Shown one piece after another: positions 42,593 to 54,970 of a DNA stretch of 64,000 nt. This DNA comes from Spizellomyces punctatus DAOM BR117 (taxonomy: Eukaryota). The position numbers were made by a program, and so were the translations under genes. The notes beneath the pieces were generated by a model. That model searched no databases. It had not been told where the DNA came from and saw only the letters and a list, made by a program, of their open reading frames with translations. Position 1 is the first letter of the stretch. Every line of letters begins with the position of its first letter. The stretch lies in NCBI GenBank assembly GCA_000182565.2, contig KQ257457.1. One strand, 5' to 3'.

Positions 42593-44286
42593 CTTACATG
42601 TTTGCAGTTCACTTTTACTCCATCTTTGCTTGATGGTCAGTTCCGTCTGGTGCACTTGAGGTTCCTCTAGGAAAGAGAAGGAAACCAAATGACACACATT
42701 TTCATCGTAATACCTTTGAAACTTTAACATGCTGAAAACGACATGTAGAAGCAAAATCCATAAACCTAATGTGAGGACGTGACAGGCACCCTCCTCGTTC
42801 CCGTTGCAGGTTTGCATCTGACAGGAGTATTTGGACTGAATACAGTCATAACTTTGCGTTTTCAGAAAGGAAAAAGAAGGGTGGGTGGGGCATGTGAAGA
42901 GTGTGATACTAGTACACGGCTGATCAGCGTACACAAACCCCGAAAACGTACCAATTCCCATATTGGTTTAGCGATGGTACATTTCGTCATGAAAGCTTCC
43001 CTTACAAATGTTACAGTCCGAATCAAAAGATGTTTAATGGATCCGTCAAGACAACAGTAAGGTGGACAGTCGCCGAACTGCTAATTGTTGAAAGCGCGGA
43101 ACACAATATGATATAAACATAAACAAGATAAGACTTGCAACCTACTGGTGTTGACATCAACAAAGCGCTTTACACTTTGATAACATTTGGCCAGCAAAAT
43201 ATATAACCGTGGCTCATGTAAAAAAAGGGGTAGTTATTAAAGTCCTTCAGACGAATCGCTGCAGGAAAGTGCTACGGGGTTTTAGATCTGACTGCCGCCC
43301 CAATCTGCATCAAAATCCATCCCACTTGCGCTAGACGCCGAATTGAAGTACGGTCAGCTGCGGAGAAATCTATATAGTGCTACTGACTGAATAGCCTCGG
43401 CACACTACAGGATTGCGGGATCTGGGTGGGTGACAGAATAGCCCTCCCAGATATCTCTACAACAGGCCAGTAGAATTCCCCAACCTGTAGCAGGCGTTAA
43501 AGAGTGAGAGAACTCTCCACATCGAGCATTATCGAATTCATAAAGTTAACCCGATATTAAGGCTCAGTGGAAGGCAATGGTAAGGATTTGTATGCAGGGA
43601 AGGTACTCATGAATGCTCTATCACACATTGCGAATTTGATCCTTTTCCGAGCCAAACCACCAACTTGATTCCTCAAATGTGTGAAATGCGGCCTGATTGA
43701 GTCGTGATCTTGGACTCGCACTCTTGCTGTCAGATTATGTAGCCCCTGATGGCCGATTTAAACACGATCAATATGCAACCTGGTGGAAGGGTTTCTTGCC
43801 GTTGAACACACTCTGTCAGCACTCGTTAAAAAAGTCGTTTCTATTTGAAGCAATGTCTTTGTCGATCATTATCCCTTGGTAGTCCTCGAAACATTGGGAA
43901 GGAGATATGGACCGAACTCTCTGTGCGCTCAAACGCGTATCAATCAACATTATGCAATTCGTCAGGGTGGTTGACAACAGCAATGATCTCACAGCAATGT
44001 CAAACAAGTGAACTAGTATCGTTTATGCAAGGACCATTCAGGAGCCACCCATGCCCACACGACACAAAAATGTGTTGGAGGGACGATGCCTGATGGTACT
44101 ACACTGCAAAATAGAACGGAATGAACGTATTACAAAATAAAACTCCACAACGCCAGCCTCTGACTTGGCGGTCCATTCAAGATGGGGGTATCAAACTTTG
44201 GTCCATTCAGCGGACATGTCCAAGGATGCCAGACGGTAGGCCCTCAAGACTGCAGAACGGCAAAAAAACAATACCCGACCGCAAAT

Positions 44287-44359
44287 TGCGAGATGTGAGG
44301 ATCGAACTCACGACCTTGAGATTATGAGACTCACGCTCTACCGACTGAGCCAATCTCGC
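44287..44359 (-). tRNA. tRNA-Met(CAT), elongator type
   Basis: Identical to the other two copies, with a T-run downstream. Confidence 0.95.
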
Positions 44360-44707
44360 GTTGTGAACGTCGTCCATGCGCTGAAACTTATACGATTTGT
44401 CTCCCATTGAAACGCGGCAAGTGCTGCCTGGACCCTATAATTTACCCTCTGTTCGGATTTCATTGCCGCGGCAAAATTGCCGGTAAATTGTAACAGGGTG
44501 TATGGTTCCGAACGCTCACACCTCTCCCCGCGGAAGGTACAAATCCGTTGTTTTGGTTTTTTGCTCGTTTACCTTTTAGAGACCCTTGTACCAAAGTGCC
44601 ATATGCCTCGTCCAACTCCGAACGCCGTGTGTGTCGGGTGTTGTGCTCAGCGTGACAAAGTGAGCGGACCCAAGTTCCTGATGCAGCACGCACACGCACA
44701 GTCGTTT

Positions 44708-44752
44708 TGTGTGTGTGTATGTGTGCGTGTATGCGTGTGTGCGTGTGCGTGT
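44708..44752. repeat. Imperfect (GT)n microsatellite
   Basis: GTGTGTGTGTATGTGTGCGTGTATGCGTGTGTGCGTGTGCGTGT. Confidence 0.8.
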
Positions 44753-46195
44753 TGTGGTGCGTCTATGTGTTCTGTGTGCACGTATCTTGCCTTGTTGAAC
44801 GTATTGGAGGGTCCAAAATTCACGTTCATGTGGGGAATACACACGGCAATCTCCGGAGTCTCTCCGCGTCTATTCAGGGATCTTCCCCCTTGCGTATGTA
44901 GTAGCTGTAATAGTAGTTTAATGAAGACCCCTCCTACTTTTGGAGTCTTTGGGGACGGCCACCCGTCTTTGCCGCCGCCACCCTTCCGCAACCAGGTGGT
45001 CGCGAATTATTAGATTTGTTACACGCGTATTAAATATGTGTAGCGTAAAGGTTTTGATAAATAATTTTTTTTTGTTTCGTTGCACTGTGTCAGTTTCATT
45101 TGGCACAAAACACAGCCGTTGGCCGTTGACTGGTTTCCCAAAAAACGGCAGATCGGTGGGCTCCGTCTTGCAAGCGTTTGGCGTAGTTGGAATTTGGGGT
45201 CTTGTCAACTTACGGGTCGCTGCTTGTGTCAGAAATTGAAAAGGAGTTAGGGTAACCCCCTACTGGGAGACCCTTAACTGTCAACCCCCGTAAGATATCT
45301 CGATTGTGTTTGGAGGCGAGTTTCAATCCAAACGTCCAAAAAAAAAAATACATCCAGAGATTCTCCCGTAACTCCCGTAACAGAACAAGAGAACAGAAAA
45401 AAAAAAAAAACCACCGGAAAATGCGCTAGATCTTTCTTAATCCGCCTACTTGCCGGGGTTTTGCCTCAAGTAAACGAGGCTGTTCAAAAGGCTTTTCTGT
45501 TTTGAACTCCGGAGGGCCACGCGGCGATACTGGGTGACATATGAGTTAGCGTTCCATGAGCATTTCCCCCCCGTCCCAGCTGGACGCTGCCCGCCTCCAA
45601 AGACAAAAAAGAATTTTGAACGATTTTAAAAAAGCGACATCACTTTCGTATGTCTTTTTTTTGACTTTTTGACCTATTGCATTGTCTTTTCATTCCCAAT
45701 AGTCTTTTACTTTTCTTGTTGGCTTGAGCAAGAGCTGTCGCGTGGCTTTCTTTCGCAAACCCGCACGAACAACCGGCATCCATCGGCCGACCACCGTGCG
45801 CTAGGTTCGTCCGATCCCCCGTTTTTGTCTTCCAACCACGGAAGCCACCGCGACCGCCTCCAAGAGCGATCACGTAGTGCTGTCAAAAAGCATCTGTAGA
45901 AAAGAAAAAGATAAAAAAGAAAAATAAAAAACCTCGACGGACGACTTTTGGTTGGCAGGGAAAAAGAGCTGTTGTTAAAGACATAAGGGTCGTTGATCTC
46001 CGCTGTATCCCCCTCTCGTTTAAATCCTCGCCTTGCTCTCGGACGCGTCTCGCGGTTCGCCTCCTCCTCGTCGTCCATTAAAGACACGCTCGACTCACTC
46101 CAGACGCATACCGAGTTGGCTTTTTTTTTCCTTTTTTTTCTGGGATTGTGGCGGTCTTTGCAGTCTTTTAGATCCGAGTTTGGCATTTTCATTCA

Positions 46196-47869
46196 ATGTC
46201 GTCTTTACTTTTTACGCCGGGAGATCTGCTGATGAACCAGCAATTCCTCTCGTTCCCCGTCAACACATTTCCTAGTGCCCAGGCTCCCGACATGCAGCAG
46301 TTCTTTGATAGTCATCGAATGACCCCCATATACGAGTCGACCACGGGCGCGACAAATCCTGAACAGCCTGCTGCGCAGGCTTTGTCCCAGTCAGATCACG
46401 AGGAACAGCCAGTTGATGACCTAGACGACCACGATATGGAATCCGATGTTGAAGAGGTTGATGAGCCAAATCCTAAAGCTTTAGAAATGTCGTCCACATC
46501 AACAGAGATGACTACCACAGGTAAAACACCGCAGAAGCCACGTCGTCGGCCACGCGCGACTCCCGAACAGCTTGCCATCTTGGAGGAAACTTACAAAGTA
46601 AATACCTCGCCTCGAGGACGACTGCGCGCCGAATTGGCCAAGCGGTTGGGCATGACGGAGCGCTCTGTTCAAGTATGGTTCCAAAATCGGAGAGCCAAAG
46701 TCAAGTTGAACGAAAAGAGAGCGCGATTGAGGCAGTTGCGTGGTATGGCTTGTCTACAAGCTGCTGCCTCTGCCGTTATGAGACCCGGAACTGATGGAAA
46801 GAGGCCAATTGTGGCCAACCCACTCTCCGCGACTGCAGCTGCTGCGCTCATGCCTGGGTCAAACGCTATCCGCTCAATGTTACCGAGCGCCTTGAATGCA
46901 CTGTTGCAACAGCCTCAGATTCAACAACAGCAACAACTCTCGCAACAGCAACATGCTCAACAACAACAACAACAGCAGCAGCCGCCGCAACAACTCTCGC
47001 AACAGGAATTGCAACCACAGCAGTCAAACCAGCAAGCCGTGTGGCCGCAAATGGATCCCACACTCGCTTCTCGCGGGATTCCCTCAGTTGGGCCAGTTGC
47101 CATATCTCAACCACAACAGTCAGTCACTCTTGGATCCACTGTCGTCGCCTCAAATTCTCAACCCATAGCATCACCAACAAGCACACCCAGCATCCCGTCC
47201 CCGCTCCAAAACTCTCCAGTAGCATCTCCTCTCCCGAGCCCATTCAACACCAAATCTACCATTCCCATCCTCCTCCCAACGATTCCCCTCTCTGTCGACG
47301 CAGTCACGATCGGAACATGGCACCGCATGTCCTATTCGACAGAGATGACCGTCTTTACGGAATTCCACTTTGGGACCCAGTGTATCCGAACTACCATTAC
47401 GGATTTACCCGCTACTCATGTGAGGATTTCCATTCCCTTTGCGACTCTTATGGGGATCTCTCTCACACCTGCGGATGAATCCGTCTACGATGCGGATGTG
47501 GTTGTGGAATTGGTTCAACCACCGCTTTTTGAAATGTTTATGGGAGGTGTTTGGGCACCTTGCCATGATTTTACCGAACATCGTGCTGCATCAACGACAC
47601 TTACGCATGTGTTCCGCGGACTTGCCTCAGAGCTTCATGCGGAACTCGTGTCCGCTGCACAGCAATCACATCTTGTTCGACATGCCATCTTGCGCTCTGC
47701 TGGTCGGATGCGCAGGAGAAGGAGTTCGGCAACTTCCGTCTCGAGCGTTTTGAGTATGGCGGAATCGGTTGCAATGGCACCGGTTCCCTCTCGGAGTAGC
47801 TTTGATGCTAGCTGGGTTGGAGACTATCAAGATGGGCTTGATGGTCAAGCCAAATCGATTTTGGCATGA
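46196..47869 (+). CDS. Homeodomain transcription factor (PHO2/HOY1-like) with poly-Q and a C-terminal HOY1-type domain
   Basis: RPRATPEQLAILE...LGMTERSVQVWFQNRRAK. C-terminal VTIGTWHR...DFTE motif. The start may be 46196 or 46232. Confidence 0.9.
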   Translation: MSSLLFTPGDLLMNQQFLSFPVNTFPSAQAPDMQQFFDSHRMTPIYESTTGATNPEQPAAQALSQSDHEEQPVDDLDDHDMESDVEEVDEPNPKALEMSSTSTEMTTTGKTPQKPRRRPRATPEQLAILEETYKVNTSPRGRLRAELAKRLGMTERSVQVWFQNRRAKVKLNEKRARLRQLRGMACLQAAASAVMRPGTDGKRPIVANPLSATAAAALMPGSNAIRSMLPSALNALLQQPQIQQQQQLSQQQHAQQQQQQQQPPQQLSQQELQPQQSNQQAVWPQMDPTLASRGIPSVGPVAISQPQQSVTLGSTVVASNSQPIASPTSTPSIPSPLQNSPVASPLPSPFNTKSTIPILLPTIPLSVDAVTIGTWHRMSYSTEMTVFTEFHFGTQCIRTTITDLPATHVRISIPFATLMGISLTPADESVYDADVVVELVQPPLFEMFMGGVWAPCHDFTEHRAASTTLTHVFRGLASELHAELVSAAQQSHLVRHAILRSAGRMRRRRSSATSVSSVLSMAESVAMAPVPSRSSFDASWVGDYQDGLDGQAKSILA

Positions 47870-48598
47870 GAAGATCTGTAGTTGAATGTATCTAGTCTGT
47901 TTTTGATATCCATTTTGCCCCCCCAACATTCTTTGTAGTTATCTTTTTTGTTTTTCGCTTGGTTTTTATACCCCTTCTGTGAAGGCGAGTAGGATGGCTG
48001 GGGGCCGTTTTGTATAGTAGAAAGGAAGTCAGAATGCATTGTTTAGATTATAGTTGGAACTTTATTGGGACCGAATAGTCTCTCCTTTGTGTACAAGTTT
48101 TTTGATATGAAACACATCATTCCCGTATGAGTACTCGTTTGCATTCTTCCTTTGCATTCTTTCTAGACGTGAATCGTCATTTGAAATGTACTGTAGTCCG
48201 TTGATGCAATGCTTTTCGCGCCGACGAACAGCCTGAGTCTGGATTATTCACCAAAGTGAATACAAAATGGTATCATTTGACTGTGGCGATGCCCAACCTC
48301 CATCCCGCACCCTTAAAGTATTTAACTATTCAAACAATGATCGACCTTGATCGACCACGATCGACACCGGTGGAGAACGGGATCGCGGACTCCCTATTTT
48401 TAGACTGCAAATTGAAATGATGGCGAAGACGATTCAACTTTGAACGGATTGTAATTCCGAGGTTCCGCAACCGTTTGGGTGTGAACGTCGCCATCTTTTG
48501 CTCCACCATTTTTGTCTTTATAGGAATGGAAAGAGGTACTTAGGTTGCGCAGTGTTGCAGGAGCATCCAATCACACCAGACAGATTTCTAACGCAAAC

Positions 48599-49161
48599 AT
48601 GTCCTACTACTTTCCATCCGTAACGCTCACTGACATTCCTCGCTTTCCACTAACGAATGCCTACAAACGACCCAGCTGCACCACGCCGCCCCCCAAAACT
48701 TCTATCTCTCGTAATTCCGTTCGTCTGTGCCTAGAAAAGAACAAGACAGTATTGTACTCTAGAGAACAAGTCATTTCCCGGGTGACCATCCGCGGCAAAA
48801 ATCCGGGCAATGATGGAAATTTCTCTTACTATATACTCTCATTCAGCGACTTTCCCGGGAAAGAGAGTGGGGTTGCATCACTTGAGGAAGGTTTGGCGGT
48901 TGAGGATATGAGAGTTGTTGGAACCGAGGTTCGAGGACTTGTCACATTACGGGTTGCTGAGTGGGTGGCGAATGATGAGCAAACACCCACGTTGAACGTG
49001 GAGGCCTCCCTCAATCAATGGTCCACTCACATCAGCGTCACGGCAAGCAGAGTGGGAGCGGACCCGTCAAGAGATGTTGGGTGGGACTTGTACGAATTTG
49101 CATTTCCTTGCGGACAAGGTTGTCCGATTGGGGACACAGTGGAAGCAGCGATTGACAAGGC
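48599..49161 (+). CDS. Hypothetical protein, possibly CBM21-like; truncated by an assembly gap
   Basis: ORF from ATG 48599. The beta-rich segment (VRGLVTLRV...LNVEASLNQWST) weakly recalls CBM21. Confidence 0.35.
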
Positions 49162-49400
49162 NNNNNNNNNNNNNNNNNNNNNNNNNNNNNNNNNNNNNNN
49201 NNNNNNNNNNNNNNNNNNNNNNNNNNNNNNNNNNNNNNNNNNNNNNNNNNNNNNNNNNNNNNNNNNNNNNNNNNNNNNNNNNNNNNNNNNNNNNNNNNNN
49301 NNNNNNNNNNNNNNNNNNNNNNNNNNNNNNNNNNNNNNNNNNNNNNNNNNNNNNNNNNNNNNNNNNNNNNNNNNNNNNNNNNNNNNNNNNNNNNNNNNNN
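49162..49400. other. Assembly gap (N run)
   Basis: Run of n characters. Confidence 1.
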
Positions 49401-49696
49401 CCGCAGATCATCTTACACGCGCCCCCGTCACTTTTTCAATGATATCCCCGGTGCTATGTCATCTTTGCCCTATTACAGTCGGCCATCTTATGATCCTAGC
49501 TATTGACAGTTAAGAGTTAGTGGAGTTTGCGCAATTGTACAAGACCATTTTAGCCAACTAGTGATACATATTTGCAGAAATTGAACATGTTGCGCGACAA
49601 GAACATTTCTTTTTATTCTGATCTGTATACATACACAGAGCTAATGGTAATAATACACCACCAAGCCCCTCGACCCAGTGCCGCAAAAGTCCTACT

Positions 49697-50506
49697 TTAC
49701 AACTTGGCACCACGAGTGATCTTTTGAATGTGTTTATCGCCAAAGGCCTGGGATTCCTTATCATTGCCGAGATGAATCTGAATTGAGTCCTCCGAAGTCA
49801 AAACGCTCCTCAAATGCGATTCCAAGGAAGCGTTCAATTGCTGCTTGGTCAGTCTTAGCCCTTTGGGACTGGCCTCCAGCATTTGTTTCGCAAAACCGCG
49901 AGCTCTCTCATGCAATTTCGCACTATCTACAACGTCATTCACTAATCCATAACGCAGCGCACGCTCAGCATCAATGATTCCACCCGTTAAGAGGAGTTCA
50001 GAGGAAATGCCCGCGCCCACCAATCTCGGCAAGAACCACGAAATGCCCATATCACAACTCGTCAGCCCAAGTTTAATTGCCGCACTCGCCATCTTTGTAT
50101 TTGGCGTACAGATTCGCAAATCTGAGGCAAGAGCCATTGCAAATCCAAATCCCATGACATTCCCCTGCAAGGCCGCTATGATGGGTTGGGGAATTTGCCT
50201 CATCTTCCAAGTGAACGAAGAGAATAACTCTTGACTCTCTATATCACGAAAGTATTCTGGTTCCGCCAAAAGTGCACGCAAGTCCAGTCCAACCGAGAAA
50301 TTCTTGCCTTGCCCTGTGAGAATGACCGCTCGGACCGACTTGTCGACCATGAGCTTGTCAATGACACTGTGTAATTCATCTCGAATTTCCCTGTTGATCG
50401 CGTTATGCGCGGATGGACGGTTGAGGAAGAGCCATAGCAGGGCGCCGTTCTCCTCAAAAACGAGCTGCAGGTGCTTGTAGGTGGACGCAGACTCTTGCAA
50501 GCTCAT
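49697..50506 (-). CDS. Enoyl-CoA hydratase/isomerase (crotonase family), intronless, with C-terminal AKL (PTS1-like)
   Basis: LNRPSAHNAI, FSVGLDL, PQPIIAALQGNVMGFGFAMALASDLRI, and ELLLTGGIIDAERALRYGLVNDVV. Confidence 0.92.
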   Translation of the reverse strand: MSLQESASTYKHLQLVFEENGALLWLFLNRPSAHNAINREIRDELHSVIDKLMVDKSVRAVILTGQGKNFSVGLDLRALLAEPEYFRDIESQELFSSFTWKMRQIPQPIIAALQGNVMGFGFAMALASDLRICTPNTKMASAAIKLGLTSCDMGISWFLPRLVGAGISSELLLTGGIIDAERALRYGLVNDVVDSAKLHERARGFAKQMLEASPKGLRLTKQQLNASLESHLRSVLTSEDSIQIHLGNDKESQAFGDKHIQKITRGAKL

Positions 50507-51136
50507 TGTCTCTGCAAAAACTCAGTGACAATGATGTGACCATCTCCAGGAACCTGGCATGCCAGCCAGCGTTGTCATTGCGGTCGGTTAAACTTTCGGC
50601 CATTCGGAGCTGCTGCGCCAATCACACTTTGGATTTGTCCGGACGTTCGAACTATCACGAGGTGTCACTCGACTGTCCCAACGTCGCCAAAGGTTCCATG
50701 TTTCCTAGCATTACCAACATAAGTTGTGATTAACGAAATCTTCCTCATGTCGATGCTACGCTTGTGTGAGCGCAATGTTAACTAAGAAGATATAAACTTT
50801 ACTTGGACGTTGGTGAGCAATATGCATTTTGTAAGGTACCTGCCGTGATTCGGGAAGTGCAGGACCAAGTATAAAGACCAGGACACAAGTTTCCAAAGTT
50901 TGCGAACATTGTGGTAACAATTGATATACTAGTGACACATGAATTTACTATAACCTCCATTTCTTGCATAACTTGAAGGTGGGCTTATGATTCAGCAACA
51001 ATTCTCCAAGGCTACGGTATTCATAGACAGAATCACCTCCAGACACATAGATGACACTACGTAATCTAACTTTAATATGTCTAAAACAATTTCCTTACTT
51101 CAATCCAGCTCCAGCTGCATTGGAGACCCTAACTAA

Positions 51137-53220
51137 TCAAGCCTTCACCTTCCATGGCTTGAACGGATTGTCAACGGTGTCCATAGCAGGCTTCAAATCG
51201 GGGAAGTGCCTCGTAATGAGGCTCTTGAAGTTGCCCTGCTTCTCAATCCAGTCAAGACCTTCTTTACCGTAAATCTCAGGCTTGTAGTCGTCAGTAAGGA
51301 ACCGGTCCGTAGCCAGACGGCGGGAGGCCATGAGAATAAAGAGATGGAATGCCGTGTCACTAAAACCGTATCCATCCGGACGAGGCTCCTCAGCGAGAGT
51401 ACCGACAAGAAGGTCAATGTCCTCTGGCGAGCGGTAAATAGAGGCAAGAAGGTCTTGGACTTCCTTTTTGGGGTTCACATCCGCAAAGGTTTTGAACTCT
51501 GGAAGCCCGAAGGCACGACGGACTATAAAGAAACAATATGGGTTCAGTGACACGATTCACAGTCTGGTATAATATATATCTTACATTCAAAGTAGCGCGG
51601 GATACCCCTCTCACGGTCACGGTAGATGTCGGTAGTTGCCAAGTCAATGGTATAGGGTTCGCCGGGCTTTGTCAAGTTCATGAGCCAAGCAGGATAATTG
51701 TTCAAAGTCAATGCTCCGGGATGGCCAGTTCCAAAAGTGTAAACCAGATCGGCAAGGTCGTTCTCGGTCATGAATTTGCGGCTGCCGGCAAACGTAATGG
51801 TGGGGAGGTGGTAAACACGACCGGTGGATTTGCCGGTCTTGCGGTCAAGAACATCAATGTTGTCGGGGAGGAGAGAGTGGAAGCGGTAGACGGCTGTGAA
51901 CTCTTCGGTGAGAGAGAAAGGCTAATTTGACGGTTTTGTAAAAGAATAATTAGCAAAGGGTGCTCAATGCTTTAATGGATTGGCAAGGCACACGTACCAC
52001 GTTGTGAAGTTCCTTCTTTCCACCAACGATACCAGTCAGGATGGGGCCGCCCTGCCAGTCATCGAGAATGTCAGGCAAGATTCCATCCCAGTTGGTTTGC
52101 ATGCCCGTCTTCAAGATTTTGTTTTGNNNNNNNNNNNNNNNNNNNNNNNNNNNNNNNNNNNNNNNNNNNNNNNNNNNNNNNNNNNNNNNNNNNNNNNNNN
52201 NNNNNNNNNNNNNNNNNNNNNNNNNNACCAGGCGCGCCATATCGTGGAGCTTTTGGTCGTTCCAGTCTGGGTGTTTGGCCTTGTACATGTCGCAGATAGC
52301 ATTGTGTTCGCGTGTAAAAATATTGTGGAGCATAGAGAGACCAGACCACCAGTTGTCTTTAAACCCAGTGATTTCCAGGCCATCATCTCCGAATGGGAGA
52401 AGACCGTTCTCTGCGAGACGCAGCTTGCCATCAACGCCCGTGCGGATGCGTTGATTGGTTTGGGTATCGGTACCGTAGATTTGGGAGAGATCCCACCAGT
52501 GAGTGACCTTGTTTTTGAATGCGTTGGGACGAGAAGAGTTTTTCTGGGATGCATCAGGAACGCTACGCGGGAGGAACAGCTTTTGGCCGCTTGCCGCCAA
52601 GGGATCTCCTTGCGGGAGAGGAACATCGACGGGACTACCCCACGCACGTTCGTGGTCCTAATCGAATAAAATGTTGTGAGCAAAGAATACAGACTGCATG
52701 TTCATATGATAGAACGAATGCTCACCATCCAGTCATGAACTTGGAATTGAATCCAAGAAAGCACAAACATGTTGATAGTCGTGGCCGGCTTAAAGGTATC
52801 CCTCAACAACAGCTTTTGCCCGATAGCACGCGGGTTAGGCTCAAAGATTTTGCTTTCATCGGCAAAGGCCTTCTCAACAGGGATGTTACGTCCAAACCGG
52901 TATCCCAAGCTACCCATAGCAGGTTTCTCGAGATCATTGCACGTGCCGTCCAGCGTACGAGCAAAGCGATTCTCGGGTGTGCACGTTGCGACAGGATAGT
53001 CGACTGCCGTGTACGAGTCGTGAAGGTTGTTCTTCTCCGCGCGGTCTCGGAAGGTGGCCAGGTAGATTAAACCTGCAAGGAGTCCCTTCTCCCACCATTT
53101 CCTGTCGCGTTAATCACAATTAGTACACGCTAACAGAATATATAAACAAATCAACGTAATCTGATCATACCTGCCAAAAATATCCGCGGCTTGACGAACA
53201 AAGAGCGAAATAGCCGGCAT
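51137..53220 (-). CDS. Heme peroxidase of the peroxidase-cyclooxygenase superfamily, alpha-dioxygenase-like, multi-exon
   Basis: RTLDGTCNDLEKPAMGS..RFGRN, WIQFQVHDW, THWWDLSQIYG, PFSLTEEFTAVYRFHSLLPD, RDRERGIPRY and MASRRL..DRF. ATG 53220 is inferred via a short first exon. It contains a 100-N gap. Confidence 0.88.
52127..52226. other. Assembly gap (100 N)
   Basis: Run of n characters. Confidence 1.
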
Positions 53221-54970
53221 TATTGCGAGCAAATGATGCTAATGTACGTAGTAGCAATAGCTCTATGGATCACGAACAGATCTATATCTATGAACTTGAA
53301 GACTGGCTGTCTATTGAGAGGATTATCGACCTGCCGACGATGGAGGGGAAATGGTCTTCAACCCTCTCCTTTTAAGTTGCGCGGAGGGCGCCAAGTACTC
53401 CATCATGACCATGGCATCCTCTGCATGAAAACGTTCAACTTTCATCAGAGTGTAAACTCTACCTGCCCAAGGAAAAGAGGAGAGTCAACCCAACTTTGCA
53501 AAGAGGCCCTGCAGTTGGCTTCCTTTCCTACTTTGGATTATCGAATACCCTGCATGGTGTGTAAAAGTTGAGTTAGTCAGAGACTGCTTGAGAACCCTTG
53601 GCGGTTGCCGAGCCTAATTTGCAATGCCACCGCAGGGGGACTATTCGGAACAACATATGCACAAGAAAGCCAAGACTCTTGCGCTTGGCATCAGACGATG
53701 GGCATTACTATGAGGAACAATAGAAGTCCCCTTACGTACGGTGTAGATCGCAGTTTGCCCTCGCCACCAGGAAAGTATGAATTTGTTGTGCGGCGGAGTT
53801 ATGTTCACCGCACCGTTGGGAATTTAGAAACTTAAACCCGCCTTACAGCTTTTTTGGGTCAATTTACCAAGCATTCTTTGTGAGGACTTTTGGATGTCAG
53901 TGAGAGGTGCATGTGGATAGGGGTCCTGGCGCAATAGGCTCACCAAAAAGTTGCGCGAATGTCCTGCCAAGACTGGGGTGCACGATCTACAAAATCTGCT
54001 CTATGATGCTGGAACCCCAACCCACCTCTCACAAATCGCTACCGATCAAATCTCACCTATTGCATGGATCGGGTAGTGAATGGATTCCAAATGCCAAGAT
54101 GGAAGCTGTTGAATTAGGTTTTAAGAAACTTTTGGGATTCCAGGTCGTCGGTTGTTACCAGTCTTGTGGATTTCATTTGTGACATGTACCCAAAAACTCT
54201 AAATGTCTCCAGCAACAACAATTGCTACCAATTTACAAAAAAAGGCTAAATTTTGGAACACGACGAAGCAAATTTGGTGGGTATAAGAGTAGGTTTAGCA
54301 TTTCTGCATTGCCAAGACAATTTCCTAAATATTTTAAAGCATCCGCTTTTATCCCAACAACCTATGCAGCTCTTGGTCCTGTACTGACGGCCATTTTGAT
54401 ATCGCACACCAAGCCTCGTGGCCCGATGCAACAAAAACACAGCTTTGACGTTTTGTTACTTCTCCGCCCACTGCTTCACAAAGGATCGTAATGTAGACCT
54501 GCGCCCTTTAGACGCAGGAAATTCTTCTGCTGGGTGAAACGAAAAGAAAACGGAGGATGAAAACTGGTTAAACATCAACCCAGTTTGGATAAGATGCCCT
54601 ACCTATACCCCAATGCCAAGACTTTCTCGGCGAATGCGCTATTGCTGTAGTCAAAATGGACTGAACGATGTTGGTGCGTCGTACCGATGGGTTCACTCGG
54701 GGTTCATGTCTCAACATGGCGCAAAAAGTACACGTTTACGGTTGACTGATGGTGGAATGATCTACTTTTCTGCACTTTTTGGTTTTGTTCGATGACCTAC
54801 GATATTTTTAGCGGCCCGCATCTTGTCCGCACACTGTTCTTTACCTTGAATTCTTGGCACTCAGTGGACCAATTCTTAAACTCTGGCTGTTTCCAAGTCC
54901 ATTTTCTCAGTCTGGTCTGGACACTCTTTGAAGTTCCATCTGTATACCTCATCTGATATACAATCCCACA

